Positions 29,577 through 32,000 of a stretch of 32,000 bases of DNA are shown here, piece after piece (within the stretch, counting starts at the first letter, position 1; each line of letters begins with the position of its first letter). The position numbers and the translations under genes were made by a program. Source of the DNA: Candidatus Midichloria mitochondrii IricVA (lineage in GTDB: Bacteria > Pseudomonadota > Alphaproteobacteria > Rickettsiales > Midichloriaceae); the NCBI RefSeq assembly GCF_000219355.1, contig NC_015722.1, positions 780,001 to 812,000 on the forward strand, written 5' to 3'. The notes under the pieces were generated by a model. It searched no databases, was not told the DNA's origin, and was given only the letters and a program-made list of their open reading frames with translations.

Positions 29577-31699
29577 ATTTTTTTGTATCTAAATTTAATC
29601 GCATTGAGTTCAAAACTACTATTATTGAGGAACTGGCCATGGCAACAGCTGCTATTAGAGGTGTCATTAAGCCGATCACCGCAATAGGCACCGCTAAAAT
29701 ATTATATATGAATGAAAAAAGAAAGTTTTGTCTTATCAATTTAATAGATTTTTTTGCAGTGAACAAACATTCTGCTACTGAGAATAAATCTTTTTTGAAC
29801 ACTATATCAGCATTATTAGAAGTAATAGCTAAAGCTGCAGAAGGCGATAAAGAAGCATCTGCAAGCTGTAAAGCAGGTGAGTCATTAAGCCCATCCCCTA
29901 CCATTAACACTTTTTTACCCTCTTTTTGCATAGCCTTAATGATATTAAATTTATCCTCTGGTCTTAGTAATCCCTTGAAATCACTGATATTAAGCTGTCC
30001 TGCTACAGTCTGCACCACCGAACTTCGATCTCCAGAAAGCAAGTGAATTTCGTAACCATTTTTTCGTAGCTCTTCTATAACTTCCAGCGCTTCTTTGCGT
30101 ATACTATCTTCAAAAATCACACGAGTTAAACGATTTTTTATACTTAAACCAAGCCTCAAGATGGTTATATTATTATCAATCGAACTTTCCACCCCACACC
30201 AAGCTCTGCTGACTATTCTTACTTCTTCTCCATTTACTATCGCACTTAATCCCATGCCCTTTTGTTCTTCTACCTCCATTGGTAGAATCGCAATATCTTG
30301 AGTCACTCCAGCGATTGTTGGAATAGCAAGGCCTAAAGCGCATGGACAAGTAACGATTAGAACCGCTATAGCATATAGAAGTGATTTTGTAATTGGCACG
30401 GCTAAAATAAAATACCAAATAAAAAAGGTGAAAGCTGACACCGTAAACACTACAGGTGTATAAAAAGAAGCAACCCTATCTGCAACGTTAATATACTGAG
30501 ATTTAACTTGTTTAGCATTTTCTACTAATTTTATAATTTCATTTAGGGTTGTGTTATCACCTGCTTTAGTAATCTTAATTTTTAAAACACTGGATATATT
30601 AATGCTACCTGCAAAAACATTGCTGCCTGCTCGCACCTTAACCGGCATGGTTTCGCCATTTATTATACTATTATCAACCTCGCTTTCACCTTCAACAACT
30701 ACTCCATCAATTGGAATTCTTTCTCCAAGCGTAACCAAGGCTATTTGTCCAGGCAAAGCTTTTTTTATACCGATTAATTTATACTTATTATCTTCGATTA
30801 TAGTAACAGAAGTTGGTTGACTTAAAATAAGATCGCAGGCCTCAGCATTTGCTTGATTCCTCACTTTTAAATCCAAATATCTCCCTATTAATAAAATAAA
30901 TATAAGACTAATTGCCGCATCATAGTAGGTATAATCGCTATGATAAAGCGTTTCTTGAATACTAATTAATACTGCAGTTATTGTGCCAACAGAAATTGGG
31001 ACATCCATATTACTGCGCTTATTCTTTATCGCAGTAATCGCCGACCTAAAAATGGCAAGCCAGAATATATAACAGCAGGTATAGTAATAATTGCAATCAA
31101 TAGATGAAGTAATAACCTTGCATATTCGCCTATAGACGACTGTAAATTTCCAGCCCAAATTGCTCCTGATAACATCATCACTTGCGCTGAAGCTGCCCCA
31201 GAGACTGTAAGACGTTTTAACAAATCTTTTTGCTGTTCCGATAAATCTTGCAAGCATCTGATCAGCCGCAAATGGGGTAGCCTTATATCCAAGCTTTTCT
31301 ATTACTGGAATTAGATCTGAAATTAATTCTTTATCACCAACCCATCCAAGGGCTAATCGATTAGTTGATAAATTAACCCTAGCGTTAGTAACTTCTTGCT
31401 GTTTTTTTAGGGTATTTTCAATCAACCAGACGCAAGCTCCACAATGTATACCCTCTACCAGTAATGTTATTTTTGCTTCATTTCCCTTAGTTTCTACATA
31501 TTCTAGATAGTCTAAATTATTTTCTATTTGATTCACTTTCATAGGATTTTTTACCGTAGATATTTCTGCAATAATCATAATATTTATCTAGTTTCAGTTT
31601 ATTGATAAAGGAATACGCAGCGCTGCATCCAAAGCAACAGAAAGCACTAGATTCTTGAGTAGGCAGTGCTGTTTTACAGTGAAGGCAGTACTTTTCCAT
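29542..31699 (-). pseudogene. Decayed CcoI/FixI-type heavy-metal (copper) P1B-ATPase
   Basis: Three frames are involved. ORF 31517..31699 reads MEKYCLHCKTALP..FCCFGCSAAYSFINKLKLDKYY, the CcoI/FixI N-terminal metal-binding domain. The main ORF 29542..31578 has HMA GIHCGACVWLIE, NMDVPIS, the actuator TGE-equivalent (INGETMPV), CPC (VTCPCALGLAIPT), MVGDGLNDSPAL and AAVAMASSSIIVVLNSMRL. The TM1-2 region is readable only in the alternative frame (ORF 31026..31292: LLKRLTVSGAASAQVMMLSGAIWAG..LLHLLIAIITIPAVIYSGLPF). The sequence jumps from CPC..AIPT straight into the nucleotide-binding domain, so the DKTGT site is deleted. Confidence 0.8.
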
Positions 31700-32000
31700 A
31701 ATCTTGAAGAAAACAATTTTTTGAATCTAAGCCGCAAATAATCTTTTCTAAGCCTTCGGCTAAATTATTTCTATTAGTTTTAGCTTCACTATAAGAATTA
31801 TTAACAACTGCTACAATGCTATAGATAGGTACACTATTACAATCCATTATATAACCCGCAACTGCATTAACTCCATCTATAAAACCTGTTTTAACTAAAA
31901 TTCTCTCTGGAGGTAATTGATTAAACTTAAAAGCTCTTGGTACCATAAAATCCTTAAGTATAAATTTGTCATCCAACTCAATCCTGCAATTTTGATTCAT
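31674..32000 (-). CDS. dacB: D-alanyl-D-alanine carboxypeptidase/endopeptidase PBP4 (peptidase S13), C-terminal part; the gene continues beyond the window
   Basis: The partial ORF contains VKTGFIDGVNAVAGYI (the KTG box in the PBP4 context KTGtl.gv.alaGY) followed by ..IVAVVNN.. The apparent Met at 32000 is a window-edge artefact. Confidence 0.65.
   Translation of the reverse strand: MNQNCRIELDDKFILKDFMVPRAFKFNQLPPERILVKTGFIDGVNAVAGYIMDCNSVPIYSIVAVVNNSYSEAKTNRNNLAEGLEKIICGLDSKNCFLQDYGKVLPSL

Noticed and set aside
29561-30820. Plus-strand ORFs 29561..30046, 30095..30301 and 30551..30820
   Set aside because: Antisense to the P-type ATPase pseudogene. The composition is shadow-like.
29542-31578. 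The 678-aa ORF as an intact heavy-metal ATPase
   Set aside because: It lacks DKTGT and has a garbled TM1-2 segment that is readable only in another frame. It is called a pseudogene instead.

Overview
This AT-rich window looks like a chromosome segment from a reduced, probably intracellular alphaproteobacterium (Rickettsiales/Holosporales-like). That placement is an inference from the protein sequences, a 23S-5S rRNA unit with no 16S, a ProP-type transporter and many decayed genes. The backbone is housekeeping. It comprises rpsL (3' end)-rpsG-fusA followed by only the first 88 codons of tuf, then glyQ and 23S+5S rRNA on the minus strand. Next come a PhoB-like response regulator, fumC, gatA, an S11 carboxypeptidase-rlmE-plsY operon, an MFS transporter, ffh and bamE. 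The rest is an atypical winged-helix regulator, 2-Cys peroxiredoxin plus trxB, a tightly overlapping HAD-PhzF-dCMP deaminase operon and a partial PBP4. On top of this lie three decayed copies or fragments of one IS982-family element and one decayed IS1-family element flanked by an 8-bp direct repeat. There is also a 131-bp palindromic element. At least five genes are decayed: tuf, an FG-GAP repeat protein, a glycerophosphodiester phosphodiesterase, a signal-peptide-bearing DUF62/SAM hydroxide adenosyltransferase-like gene, and a CcoI/FixI-type P-type ATPase that has lost its DKTGT phosphorylation region. I found no CRISPR array, no tRNA, and no recognisable defence, secretion or biosynthetic cluster. 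I cannot support a claim of a novel multi-gene system here. The most interesting content is the IS982-associated set of rearrangement breakpoints (tuf, glyQ, rRNA). A few unassignable pieces also merit a look: ORFs at 3390-5521, non-coding DNA at 26270-26509, the palindromic element at 27454-27584, and the pseudo-receiver regulator at 24088-24636. All coordinates for RNA ends, IS ends and pseudogene limits are read by eye and may be off by a few to about 15 nt.
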